Origin: a virus
Taxonomy: Duplodnaviria > Caudoviricetes
DNA: 62,667 nt
IMG/VR virus record: IMGVR_UViG_3300048026_000549
Location: 1-62,667 of that record
Reading direction: 5' to 3' (one strand)
This document shows positions 1 to 8,715 of the stretch, piece by piece. Each line of letters starts with the position of its first letter. The stretch's first letter is position 1. The notes under the pieces were generated by a model, which made no database searches, was not told the origin of the DNA, and worked only from the letters and a program-made list of their open reading frames with translations. The position numbers were made by a program, and so were the translations under genes.

Positions 1-390
1 TTTGTTGTTGCATCGAGTTGAATTACAGGTCGCCGCTATATCAAGATGGCGTTCGTCATTTTGTATTTAACATAGTTAGCCCCGAATATCGGCGTTAGGG
101 CGGCATGGGCGACCGGAATCCGAACCTCTCATGTGCGTGTACATGAGGCAGGGGCGGGCGAGTGCGTGTACGCAGGTGCGTTTAAGAAGGTTTCGTGGGC
201 GGGAGTGCACCTCATGTGCGGGGAAGTGCGCTGGAACCTACCCACATGCTCACAAATCGCCGCATTTTTACGCAATCCGTTGGAATTATGCCGAAAAGCG
301 GGGCACTTTGCCATATATAGCATGAAATCTGCCTTCACTTTGGACTTTTCCGGGTGAAAGTGGCTCTCTCCCTATGTGCATAGGCATACA
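1..390 (+). repeat. Terminal direct repeat, left copy
   Basis: Matches 62278-62667 apart from 7 substitutions found by eye (96, 100, 103, 106-108, 263). Confidence 0.95.
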
Positions 391-974
391 GGCTGAGTCT
401 TAAGACTACAAAAGGCCGATTGGACCGGAAACCACTGTTCTTGATACCTACGCACGGGTGGGTGCGCCCGCACACGAGGACTTGGGTTTTTGGGCGACCG
501 AAAAACGCTCTCCCTATGCGTGTGCGTGTGCTTTATTAGTCTTAAGACTTAGGGGGCCCAAAAAAAATAAAAGCGGCGTAAAAAAAACGCCATAGTCTCC
601 GGCCATGCGTCTTATCACTCCCCACGACGGGAGGTACTACTGTCTGTTCGTCTTTCGTTGTGAGATGGCGGTGGCTGTTGGTGTCCCGGCCAGCCTCCGG
701 GGAGTGGGTGTCACTCGGTGTCTCAAAACCCGCTTTTTGTGGGGTGTGTGCAGGGGGTGCGCGTTAGCATATTACCATGTCTATAATGGCTTACCGTCCT
801 CGCCGGTAAATCCATAATGACCAAGTGTCATTTGCATTTCCGTCCTCCTGTCCTGTGTTTGGACTGTGATGTGATGGGACCACCCCCCGCCGAAGCGAGG
901 GGCAGTCCGGCTACCCTTTCGGGAACGAGGTCTGTCTTCGACTACCTCGATGTGTGTCGGGCGTGGTTTTATAC

Positions 975-1232
975 TCACTCGATGTGGTTGCGGATAAATT
1001 CCGAGCGTGACATGTCGCCACGCATGGAGTCTATTCGGGCAAGCATGCTGACCGGCATAGAGATGCTGATTTTAACATTCATCTCAATGGCCTTGCCGTA
1101 AGCAAGGTCAAGGGCATGCTGTATTGCTTGGCTTCGACTCATGTTGAGTTCACCGAGCATTGCATCTTGGTCAGCCCGTATGCTTGCGCTAATCCCCACA
1201 TTCTTTCGTTCGTATTTATTCTTTCTTCCCAT
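975..1232 (-). CDS. Small DNA-binding protein with two ribbon-helix-helix-like repeats
   Basis: ISASI..QDAMLGELNMSRSQAIQHAL and ISISMP..MLARID..MSRSEFIR both fit the CopG/RHH pattern. ACAGGA lies upstream of the ATG. Confidence 0.7.
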   Translation of the reverse strand: MGRKNKYERKNVGISASIRADQDAMLGELNMSRSQAIQHALDLAYGKAIEMNVKISISMPVSMLARIDSMRGDMSRSEFIRNHIE

Positions 1233-1359
1233 ATTTTCATATCCTGTCCTGTGTTGGACTGTGGTCGCTGTTGGTATGCCAGTCAGCGTCTGGCCGGGGG
1301 TTGTCCCCGATTGGTTTTACCGCTCATGTTGGCGGGTATGTGTTGGGTGCGATTCAAAA

Positions 1360-1536
1360 TCAACGACGCTTGCTAATGACTAACTGGCGAACTTCATCTT
1401 CGGGCATGTGCCGTTCGATGGTCTTCCAAGTTGGGCACAAGCCACGGATAGTGCAGTTATTATCGCATTTACCGTGCTCAGTGCACCATTTGTCACAAGT
1501 GTTGGCGTACCAATTTCTTATCTGTTGTCTATTCAT
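1360..1536 (-). CDS. 58-aa Cys-rich protein (below the ORF-track cutoff)
   Basis: MNRQQIRNWYANTCDKWCTEHGKCDNNCTIRGLC..., preceded by AGGAGGT. Confidence 0.55.
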   Translation of the reverse strand: MNRQQIRNWYANTCDKWCTEHGKCDNNCTIRGLCPTWKTIERHMPEDEVRQLVISKRR

Positions 1537-1698
1537 AATTCAACCTCCTGTTGGAGTGGGTCGCTGTTGATGTCGCAGTCAGCGTCTGCGCGGGTGTCCC
1601 CGGTTGGGCGACAGCATCGTGACGCCATCTTGTGGTGTCGTGTGCCGTCCTCCGCTCGTGTTGGCGGTTATGTCTAAGGGGGTGTCCTCTCATGGGGT

Positions 1699-2169
1699 TC
1701 AGTTGTCGGGGTACAGGCCGAAGCGTGGCGGGAAGGTACCTTCGCTGAAGACATAAGCCTCCAACTCTTGCACTTCCATCTGCATCATGTCCGTGTCCCA
1801 CAACACACCGGTGCTGTGTTGCAGTTCGTTCATGAGGTTGCAGATTGACCGGGCGGTTTTGACTGCCTCGGTGCTACCCTCAGCCACCTGTTCCAACACG
1901 GCTATGTACGCTTTGTACAACGGGAGGTATGTGCCCCGGTGCATTTCTGCGTAAGCCCTGTTGCTGGGTTGCTGTCGAGGCTGTGCCTCAACGGGTTGTT
2001 CATCTGCATGCTTTGCTTCGTTCCGTGCTCGCCACTCGGCTTGACGACGGATAGAGCAGGGACCATCACAGTCCAGTGCTCCTTCACTGTCGTCGAACGA
2101 ATGCGGTTGCTCAAGGCCTCCGCATTCCACCATGTAGCAAACCCGCATTTCTGGTTCTGGTTTGTCCAT
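1699..2169 (-). CDS. Hypothetical protein
   Basis: 156 aa; GGAGGTGA RBS upstream of the ATG. Confidence 0.65.
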   Translation of the reverse strand: MDKPEPEMRVCYMVECGGLEQPHSFDDSEGALDCDGPCSIRRQAEWRARNEAKHADEQPVEAQPRQQPSNRAYAEMHRGTYLPLYKAYIAVLEQVAEGSTEAVKTARSICNLMNELQHSTGVLWDTDMMQMEVQELEAYVFSEGTFPPRFGLYPDN

Positions 2170-2349
2170 TTGTGTTCACCTCCGTCAGCCCCGAAGGGCT
2201 TGGAGTCCTGTTCTTGATAAGTGAATGTGAAGGGGGGTGGGGAGGATGGGGGCACTTGGCCCCCACCGTCCCCGTAGTACCTCTCGCATGGCGAGAGTAA
2301 GCCTTGATTGAATCAAGGGGTGTTCACTGTGTCACGAACGAAAGCGTAC

Positions 2350-5181
2350 TTAAGACCAACTGTACCATTCACCGTTGTTGTTAGCAACGATGTCATGCCA
2401 CTCCATGTCGAAGTCATCGACCATCTCGACCTTAACGGTGTCGTCGTCGAGGTCGGGGTCGAAGAGCCCTGCAAGTACCATAGCCATTGTGTCTGTGCAC
2501 ACATCGGGGGAGAAGTTCTTGCCGTCTTGCCACCGGAGTGGCAGGTCGTACTTGGACCCGTCCGGGCGGATGGCCATGTGTGATTGACCATCAAAGCCGT
2601 GGTACACTGCGTCTGCTGGCCATGACTGGTAGTACATCGCGTGGCGGGTGTTCCAGTTGGCACCGAGCATCTCGTTGTATGCGTTGTCGATTGCGTCGTT
2701 AAGGGCCATGTCGTCCCACTCGTATTGCATGAGTTGGATGGAAGCCACATTGACGGAGCCGATGGCACATGTGTCCGAGTCGCCGGTTGCTTTGGCTGGT
2801 GTCCTGTTCCACTGTGCGTATGTGCGCCAGTCGTATGACACACCTGCTGTGTCTGCACTGCCCTTGATGTGTCGGCTGGTTATCACACCATCGGGTGAGA
2901 TGGTGTACTCCTTGCCGATGGCACAAGCCCAACTGTTGTAGATGCGCTTGCCGTAGGCGTCGTGCAGATGCTTCTCAGTCGAGGCGACCACGATGATACC
3001 TGCGTCGGAGTCAAGGCGGCCCGCATGGAGCGGGTTGCCACCGTTAGTCCAGAACTTGAGTGTACCTGCTGGGTCACGAGCGTCGGACCAAATGAGGGAC
3101 ATTGAGCCCTCACACAGTTCGACCACCTTCTCGATGCCACCTGCTTCGAGGCAAGCGGCGACGGCTTGGCTGTCCACCGGACCAGTCTGTTTGGCGTCAA
3201 GCGCCTTCCAAACCGTGTCGTAGTTGTGAACCACACCGTTGTGCACGAGTGTCACATGGGCTTTGGGCCCGAAGTGAGGGTGTGCGTTGGCGGCGGTGTT
3301 TTTGCCGTGTGTCGCATACCGTGTGTGCATCATCATCCAAATGGTTGCCTTGCTGAAGTACTTCTTGAACAACTTCGGTGCAAGGGCCACACTGCTGGTT
3401 GGTGACTTTTGGTAGTACACTTCGCCATCGGTGGTCTTGAACCACGCCGCACCTGCCGCTTGGTTGCCACGGCTGGACAAGCCACTAAAGAGGCGTGTTG
3501 ATGCCTTCTTAGCGTTGTTGCCCTTGACGGAACCGGAGTGGACAAGACCGATGCCACACCCGACCAGTAGCGCCACTGCACCGATGAGAGGTGCTGTGAC
3601 AGCAAGGCCAAGCATGAACACTGCCAGTCCACCCATCTCGTAGGCGGTGGTGTGTGAGCGTGAACCCATTACAAGTTCTTCGCAACCACAGTAGGGGCAT
3701 TCCAAGTCTTCGCCATCATGTGGTGTGACAATGTAGTCGCCGGTGTCGTGTTCACTGAAGAACATCCGTAGGTAGTTGGCACTGAAGCGGTTTTCGTAGT
3801 TGTCTGCACTGAGTGAACTGCCGCAATCGTTGTTGTTGCAGTGGATGTAGGTGCTGGCAAGGTTGAGTTGGTTGTTCTCATCCAAGTTATTGAACTCTTG
3901 GAGAGCCGCCGCTCGGTCAATGAAGACCTCGCACTCACCGTGTACGCAGTGCGTTGAGCCGCATAGCACACACGCTGTTGTTGGTATGCCATGTAGCACG
4001 ACTGCTCGCTTCTCGTAGTAGTCACGGATGTGATGGTCCACTTCAAGGTCCATGAAGGCCCACATTGCGTCACGGGTGTTTGGTAGGTCGTCAAGCGAGA
4101 AGAAACCGAGGTAGTTGGTCTCGTCTTCGCAAGCCGCCACAAACCGTGTACAGAACTCGACCCAACGGCTGATTTTCATTGGGTTGACTGTGCCTTGATG
4201 TGCTCGGAACTCGATGGTACCGAATCCACGGGCAAACATTGACTTGAGGTTTAGGTGCTGGTAGCGTCCATGACCGGAGTGCCAGTCAAAGAGGTAGTGG
4301 TAGTGTTTGTCACCTGTGTGCTCAATCATCTCGTACTCGTCCGTGACATGGTTGTATGTGCGTCGTGTGTGCGAGGTGGCTGTGAAGACCATCTCACTTG
4401 GATGCATGTCCGGGTCGTGCAGATTGTGGGCTTGTGCGTACTGGTTGTCCCACCGGGATGATGGGAAAATCTTCTTCAAGTCGTGGAAGAAGAAAGACCA
4501 TGCGTATGCTACTCGTCCACCGATTGACTTGGCTTCGTCGTGCGACATCACACCATTGTCCCCAAACATTTCGTTGGGTTTTCTTAGTGCGACATGTGCG
4601 TGTAGCCCAGTCGTGGTGTTGATGCGGGCAATGGCTCGCAAGGGTTCTACTGTTTCAAGAATCCAAGCGGTCACTTCTGCCGGGGCAAGAGGTGGTGAGA
4701 CCACCTCGAAGCCGCCACTGCTGAGTGAACCATCCGTGGTGACACGGGTGATTCCGCCGGTGGTGCGACCTGCCATCCACTCCGAGGACTGGTGCGTGTG
4801 GTTGGTCTGCTCCGTTGGCTGTTCCACTGACCGAAGGTAGGCCCGCCGAGCGGCACGAGTTCGTCGTGCTTTGGCATTTTGACCTTGTACGAAGGACAGG
4901 AAGCGTTTGAAGGCCCCCGGTGCGTCTTTCGCTTTGTGAAGATTGAGCCAATGGGCTATCTTCTGGTTCGGTGCAGATTCAGCGTGTGCTTTGCGGATGG
5001 CCTCGATTTCGAGCCCGATGCCGTACATCTTGGTAGCGCCTACTTGTGCGTACTGCTTTCGTTCGTTCTTTCGCTGGACAGATGCGGATAGTATGGTAGC
5101 GGCCATGAGTACAAGTACCCAGCCCATTGCCAATACGAACCCGAGTCCGTCTGCTTCGTTCATCATTTGTGCGTTTTGCAT
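2350..5181 (-). CDS. Membrane-anchored putative amidoligase (COOH-NH2 ligase type 2) fused via Zn-finger/TM linker to a class II (Ntn) glutamine amidotransferase
   Basis: Ligase motifs GLEIE, TTDGSL, FEVVSPPL, TGLHAHV, RYQHLN, GTIEFRAHQGT. GATase-II motifs CGIG, HTRYATHG, NAHPH, VHNGVV, DSQ. AGGAGG places the start at 5181 rather than 5307. Confidence 0.85.
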   Translation of the reverse strand: MQNAQMMNEADGLGFVLAMGWVLVLMAATILSASVQRKNERKQYAQVGATKMYGIGLEIEAIRKAHAESAPNQKIAHWLNLHKAKDAPGAFKRFLSFVQGQNAKARRTRAARRAYLRSVEQPTEQTNHTHQSSEWMAGRTTGGITRVTTDGSLSSGGFEVVSPPLAPAEVTAWILETVEPLRAIARINTTTGLHAHVALRKPNEMFGDNGVMSHDEAKSIGGRVAYAWSFFFHDLKKIFPSSRWDNQYAQAHNLHDPDMHPSEMVFTATSHTRRTYNHVTDEYEMIEHTGDKHYHYLFDWHSGHGRYQHLNLKSMFARGFGTIEFRAHQGTVNPMKISRWVEFCTRFVAACEDETNYLGFFSLDDLPNTRDAMWAFMDLEVDHHIRDYYEKRAVVLHGIPTTACVLCGSTHCVHGECEVFIDRAAALQEFNNLDENNQLNLASTYIHCNNNDCGSSLSADNYENRFSANYLRMFFSEHDTGDYIVTPHDGEDLECPYCGCEELVMGSRSHTTAYEMGGLAVFMLGLAVTAPLIGAVALLVGCGIGLVHSGSVKGNNAKKASTRLFSGLSSRGNQAAGAAWFKTTDGEVYYQKSPTSSVALAPKLFKKYFSKATIWMMMHTRYATHGKNTAANAHPHFGPKAHVTLVHNGVVHNYDTVWKALDAKQTGPVDSQAVAACLEAGGIEKVVELCEGSMSLIWSDARDPAGTLKFWTNGGNPLHAGRLDSDAGIIVVASTEKHLHDAYGKRIYNSWACAIGKEYTISPDGVITSRHIKGSADTAGVSYDWRTYAQWNRTPAKATGDSDTCAIGSVNVASIQLMQYEWDDMALNDAIDNAYNEMLGANWNTRHAMYYQSWPADAVYHGFDGQSHMAIRPDGSKYDLPLRWQDGKNFSPDVCTDTMAMVLAGLFDPDLDDDTVKVEMVDDFDMEWHDIVANNNGEWYSWS

Positions 5182-5212
5182 TTTTGTTCCTCCTGTTTTT
5201 GGGGTTGTCCTG

Positions 5213-6134
5213 TTGCCTTTTGGGACTCTCGATATGTTGCCCCAGCAATCGGGGCTCGAGCCTGTCTTTGGTCGGTCAGTGTCCGGTGATGCAGGGTGAG
5301 GGTACAAGCCTCGGGTTGTTTGTATCGAACCCTGCTGGTGAGTAGGAAAGGTGGAGGGGTATCAACGCCTACCGGTACTTTGGCGCATCGGTGTTGGCTC
5401 AAGGCCATCGGCTACTCCCCCCCACTGTGCTATCTTCACAGGTTGATGTGAAAGAACGAATGTTCGCAGATATGACTCGCTACCGATGGGCTGATTGGCT
5501 CGACTGAAATCCTCGTCATATCCGCTATGTGCACCTTAGCCTAAGACCCACGGACTTTGACCCCGCTTCGACATCGAGTGTTCAACACTCTATGCACATC
5601 CCACCCCGGTGCCTCTTTCGAGGCTCAGTCCCTGCTTCAGGCCCGACTCACTGCATTGCGTATCTTTGCACTCGAGGGATAGGTTGGTTTTTGGGTGCTT
5701 GCGACTGCGAATCAGTCACTCCCAATCGCCGGTTTATCTCGAGTCACTCTTCTGTCCCCCGGCACGGTTGTGCCATCGGAAGAGTGCGGCGCCATCTTTA
5801 CGATGTCTTATGGCTTGGTTATTTTCGCCACTCCCGCTTGCATTTCCGGTGATTATCCGTACTTTGCGAATGTCTGTGAGTTATCGACCTCCGTCACATC
5901 TCAGCAAGGCATCTTCATGGATGCCCGAGCCACGAATCCGTGAACTGTCTTTGACCGACTGCTTTGTCGAGTGTGAACTTTGGTGGGTTCCGTTTGGTTG
6001 TTCGCAAGGGCATTTTCCGTAGAATAGCCGCCACGATGTGTCGCATGGACACTTGTCCCCCATTAGGAACCGCCGCCGGTTCCCACTGCTGAGGGCCTAT
6101 ACTTCTTCGGCTCGGGTCGGTACTTCCCAAGCAA
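5213..6134 (-). ncRNA. Candidate large (~920 nt) structured ncRNA or structured leader
   Basis: No credible ORF. More than 12 helices, ends pair with each other, and a TTTAAG box lies ~24 nt upstream of the 5' end. Confidence 0.65.
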
Positions 6135-6195
6135 AGTGAACATAGACCCCACGACCTTAAACCTGTCGGTCCAAAAAACGCTGTACTGAGAGCCT

Positions 6196-6215
6196 GACCC
6201 TATCATGATAGGGTC
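6196..6215. promoter_or_regulatory. Perfect 20-bp palindrome, operator candidate
   Basis: GACCCTATCATGATAGGGTC lies between divergent transcription units. Confidence 0.55.
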
Positions 6216-6417
6216 GTCCGTTCACAAGAAAATCAAGGGCGGACAATCGGCCAAATGTCCCAAAACAGCCCAAAAACGGCCATCCGGCGATTGAGAGGGG
6301 CCGCCGGTCTCGCAGTACAGCGTTTAGGCCGTTGGAACATACACATTGATAAGCATCCACGATGTGGCGAAACACATGCCGGAGGCGTTGCATTTGGACT
6401 TTCACGACATGAGAAAT

Positions 6418-6604
6418 CTCTCTCCCAAGAGTCCTCGTGGCAAAGGGGAAGTACCTAAGACTATTGTATAAGACAACGCCAAGCACTCTCTCCCCAGCGC
6501 ATTTTCATTTTCTAATGACGCAAGCACGGCGGCAACACTGGCGGCAAATCCAACCAAAATTCAAACATCGCTGGCTTGATATATGACCATGCATTGGGAA
6601 GGGC
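6418..6604 (+). repeat. Regulatory cassette repeat, copy 1
   Basis: TAAGACT; CTCTCTCCCCAGCGCATTTTCA (6486-6507); CGCTGGCTTGATATA (6569-6583). Confidence 0.8.
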
Positions 6605-7186
6605 ATGGACGGACACCAATTCCCAACCCTAAGCCTAACTGACAAATTGACCCAAGCCGACAACGGAGGTGAGTTCATGGCTAAGGTGAAAGCGCAATAC
6701 GAAACGCTTCAACACCAACTCGATAACACCTCACCGGAACTACTCGGAAACCGAGCCTCAAACCACTACGGAGCAGTCAAGCGAGTCAAGACCACACCAG
6801 CAGTGAAGAAGTTGATGATACCTCGGGACTCGAAAGGCAACCGCTCAACGAGCCGTCAAGTCAATGCAAAATCGTACAACGAATCAACATGCAAATGGTC
6901 CCATGTTGAGACATCATTCAAGCGCACTGTTGAAGTTCAACCAAAGGTCGAGGAAGTCATACCTCAACGGAACTGGACAGTGTACCGGAATGACCGAGTG
7001 AGTGAGAACATCATTGAGACATTGGCAACGCTTGAGCAGTTCCTCGACGACAACGGCGAGAACATCACCGCTGAGTTCCGCACCATGTACTTCGACCTTG
7101 AATTGTGCCGACAGCGCAACTGTCCCCGATGCGATGCAATAGGCCTTCAAATTGCACAGGCTCATGAAGCCAATGGAAACCGGTGA
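6605..7186 (+). CDS. Hypothetical protein with C-terminal Cys cluster
   Basis: 193 aa; ATG 21 nt after TTGATATA. Confidence 0.75.
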   Translation: MDGHQFPTLSLTDKLTQADNGGEFMAKVKAQYETLQHQLDNTSPELLGNRASNHYGAVKRVKTTPAVKKLMIPRDSKGNRSTSRQVNAKSYNESTCKWSHVETSFKRTVEVQPKVEEVIPQRNWTVYRNDRVSENIIETLATLEQFLDDNGENITAEFRTMYFDLELCRQRNCPRCDAIGLQIAQAHEANGNR

Positions 7187-7220
7187 ACAGGCCGGTTGAA
7201 GCCTAACCAATGGGAGCGAT

Positions 7221-7240
7221 TCCCAGCCTTCGGGCTGGGA
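7221..7240 (+). terminator. UUCG hairpin after ORF
   Basis: TCCCAGCC-TTCG-GGCTGGGA; terminator role inferred from position. Confidence 0.5.
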
Positions 7241-7266
7241 CTCCCAGCGGCTCCGGCGGAGGCGGA

Positions 7267-7492
7267 TTCTCTCTCTCTCTCCCTCGCCGGAGGCATTATT
7301 TTGCGTAAGACTTACTTACTATACTGCGTCGAACTCTCTCCCCAGCGCATTTTCAATTTATACGAGCATCCCCCCGAAGGTGGCTGAGGCTGGCAACCAA
7401 GCCCATCGCTGGCTTGATATAGGGGACACCTCCCATGTCGGAATAACCGACGAAACAAACGAAGCAGTCGGCCTAACAGGAGATGAAAAAAT
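7267..7492 (+). repeat. Regulatory cassette repeat, copy 2
   Basis: (CT)n tract, TTTGCGTAAGACTT, core 7334-7355, CGCTGGCTTGATATAG, RBS AACAGGAGATGAAAAA. Confidence 0.85.
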
Positions 7493-7726
7493 ATGCAAAA
7501 GATAGAATGCCCAACACCTGCCCAATTCGCAGTGCTGTTGAAGATTGAACAAAACACGGGGCTTGATGAAATGCGAGTGGCTATGGAACGAACAGGGATG
7601 ATTGTAGAAGGTCGCCCCCTCTTCGGTGAAGATGAGAAGTTAATGCGCCGGTTCCGGTCGTCGCTTTCGTACTTCGCCACACGATACCCGAAAGTCGTTG
7701 CCGAACTTTACGCAATGAACGCTTGA
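7493..7726 (+). CDS. Hypothetical protein
   Basis: 77 aa; RBS and cassette promoter upstream. Confidence 0.7.
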   Translation: MQKIECPTPAQFAVLLKIEQNTGLDEMRVAMERTGMIVEGRPLFGEDEKLMRRFRSSLSYFATRYPKVVAELYAMNA

Positions 7727-7809
7727 ATCCGGTAAGCCGGAGATCAAAATATAAACCGGAATAGTCGCAGACAGGTTCCGTTCCCACTCAACGATGGTAG
7801 CCAACAACC

Positions 7810-8048
7810 CGTCGCCCTTCGGGGCGGCGGTTCTCTCTCTCTCCCTCCCAGCGCAAGCATTGTTTTGCGTAAGACTTCGTTAATACAATACCAGCATTTC
7901 TCTCCCCAGCGCATTTTCAGTATATACGGCCGTCCCCCACTGAGTGGGGCAAACAGCCCGAGATTGGCTTCGCTCCGCTGGCTTGATATAGGAGAGTGCC
8001 TTAGCATGGATAAGTCGCACAGCGACAACACAAACAGGAGATGAAAAA
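7810..8048 (+). repeat. UUCG hairpin plus regulatory cassette repeat, copy 3
   Basis: CGTCGCCC-TTCG-GGGCGGCG, (CT)n, TTTGCGTAAGACTTCGTTAATAC, TCTCTCCCCAGCGCATTTTCA, CGCTGGCTTGATATAG. Confidence 0.85.
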
Positions 8049-8426
8049 ATGAGAAAAGAACTGAGAATGAAACCGGTAATGTTGGCGGTCCTATGGGCCT
8101 TCATCCAAGACCAGTGCAAGAGGCAAAAACCGATAGAATGGATGATGCAGGTAATGCACCTCGCTATCGAGGACTGCCAACGCCGAAACCTCATCTTGAG
8201 GGACCGAGCAACAGCCGAGCGAGTTGGCCGTAGAGCCATCATCGCTATGGTGAAGTTAGATGATGCCAACATCCACAGCATTATGGAAAGCGCTGACCGA
8301 TACGCAAGGTTGGAAAAGAAGTTGTACGAAGCCCGCAAAGACTTGGAAAGGCTCGGCATGGGAGTCCACAACACGGACAACCTACGGACTGACATCAACC
8401 CGCTCAACCGACGAAACCACGAGTGA
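8049..8426 (+). CDS. Hypothetical helical protein
   Basis: 125 aa; same RBS as the copy 2 gene. Confidence 0.7.
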   Translation: MRKELRMKPVMLAVLWAFIQDQCKRQKPIEWMMQVMHLAIEDCQRRNLILRDRATAERVGRRAIIAMVKLDDANIHSIMESADRYARLEKKLYEARKDLERLGMGVHNTDNLRTDINPLNRRNHE

Positions 8427-8488
8427 GTGAGTAGTCAGAAGCAACAGTCAACACCAGTCCCCTACGGGGGTCAATAGCCGCCTTCGGG

Positions 8489-8715
8489 CCCGCTTCGGCG
8501 GGCTCGATTGGCCTTCGTTCTCTCTCTCTCCCTCGGGGCGAAGCCATATATTTGCGTAAGACTTCGTTAATACCACGAATGAATCTCTCTCCCCAGCGCA
8601 TTTTCATTTAACACGGGTGCCCCCCGCAAGTATGCTGATGGTCCCTCGAGGCCCGCTTCAGCGGGCTGGGGTTCCCACCACCACCATTGATATAGGAGTG
8701 TGCCGTAGGAGTGGC
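8489..8715 (+). repeat. Hairpin plus regulatory cassette repeat, copy 4
   Basis: CCCGC-TTCG-GCGGG, (CT)n, TTTGCGTAAGACTTCGTTAATAC, core motif, TTGATATA 8687-8694. Confidence 0.85.

Noticed and set aside
129-357. ORFs inside the terminal repeat
   Set aside because: Three overlapping short frames without RBS or motifs; probably non-coding.
5182-5307. ORF-track N-terminal extension of the amidoligase
   Set aside because: Begins at TTG inside the structured region; a strong AGGAGG supports ATG 5181.
5300-5560. RNase P RNA (AAAGUCCGUGGG could pair with CCCGAGGCUU like P4)
   Set aside because: The GAGGAAAGUC signature and other conserved regions are not matched; needs cmscan, so not called.
5529-6130. 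Short overlapping ORFs in the candidate RNA region
   Set aside because: Mostly GTG/TTG starts, no evident RBS, atypical composition and no motifs.
5213-6134. Group I/II intron or tRNA cluster
   Set aside because: No interrupted gene, no recognisable domain V or P7 core, no cloverleaf; GGUUCGA near 5325 lacks tRNA context.
6196-6215. tetO / vector contamination
   Set aside because: Resembles tetO half-sites but lacks the central base pair, and no vector sequence flanks it.
6418-8715. CRISPR array interpretation of the cassette repeats
   Set aside because: Repeats are 550-850 bp apart, are multi-part, and the intervening DNA encodes proteins.
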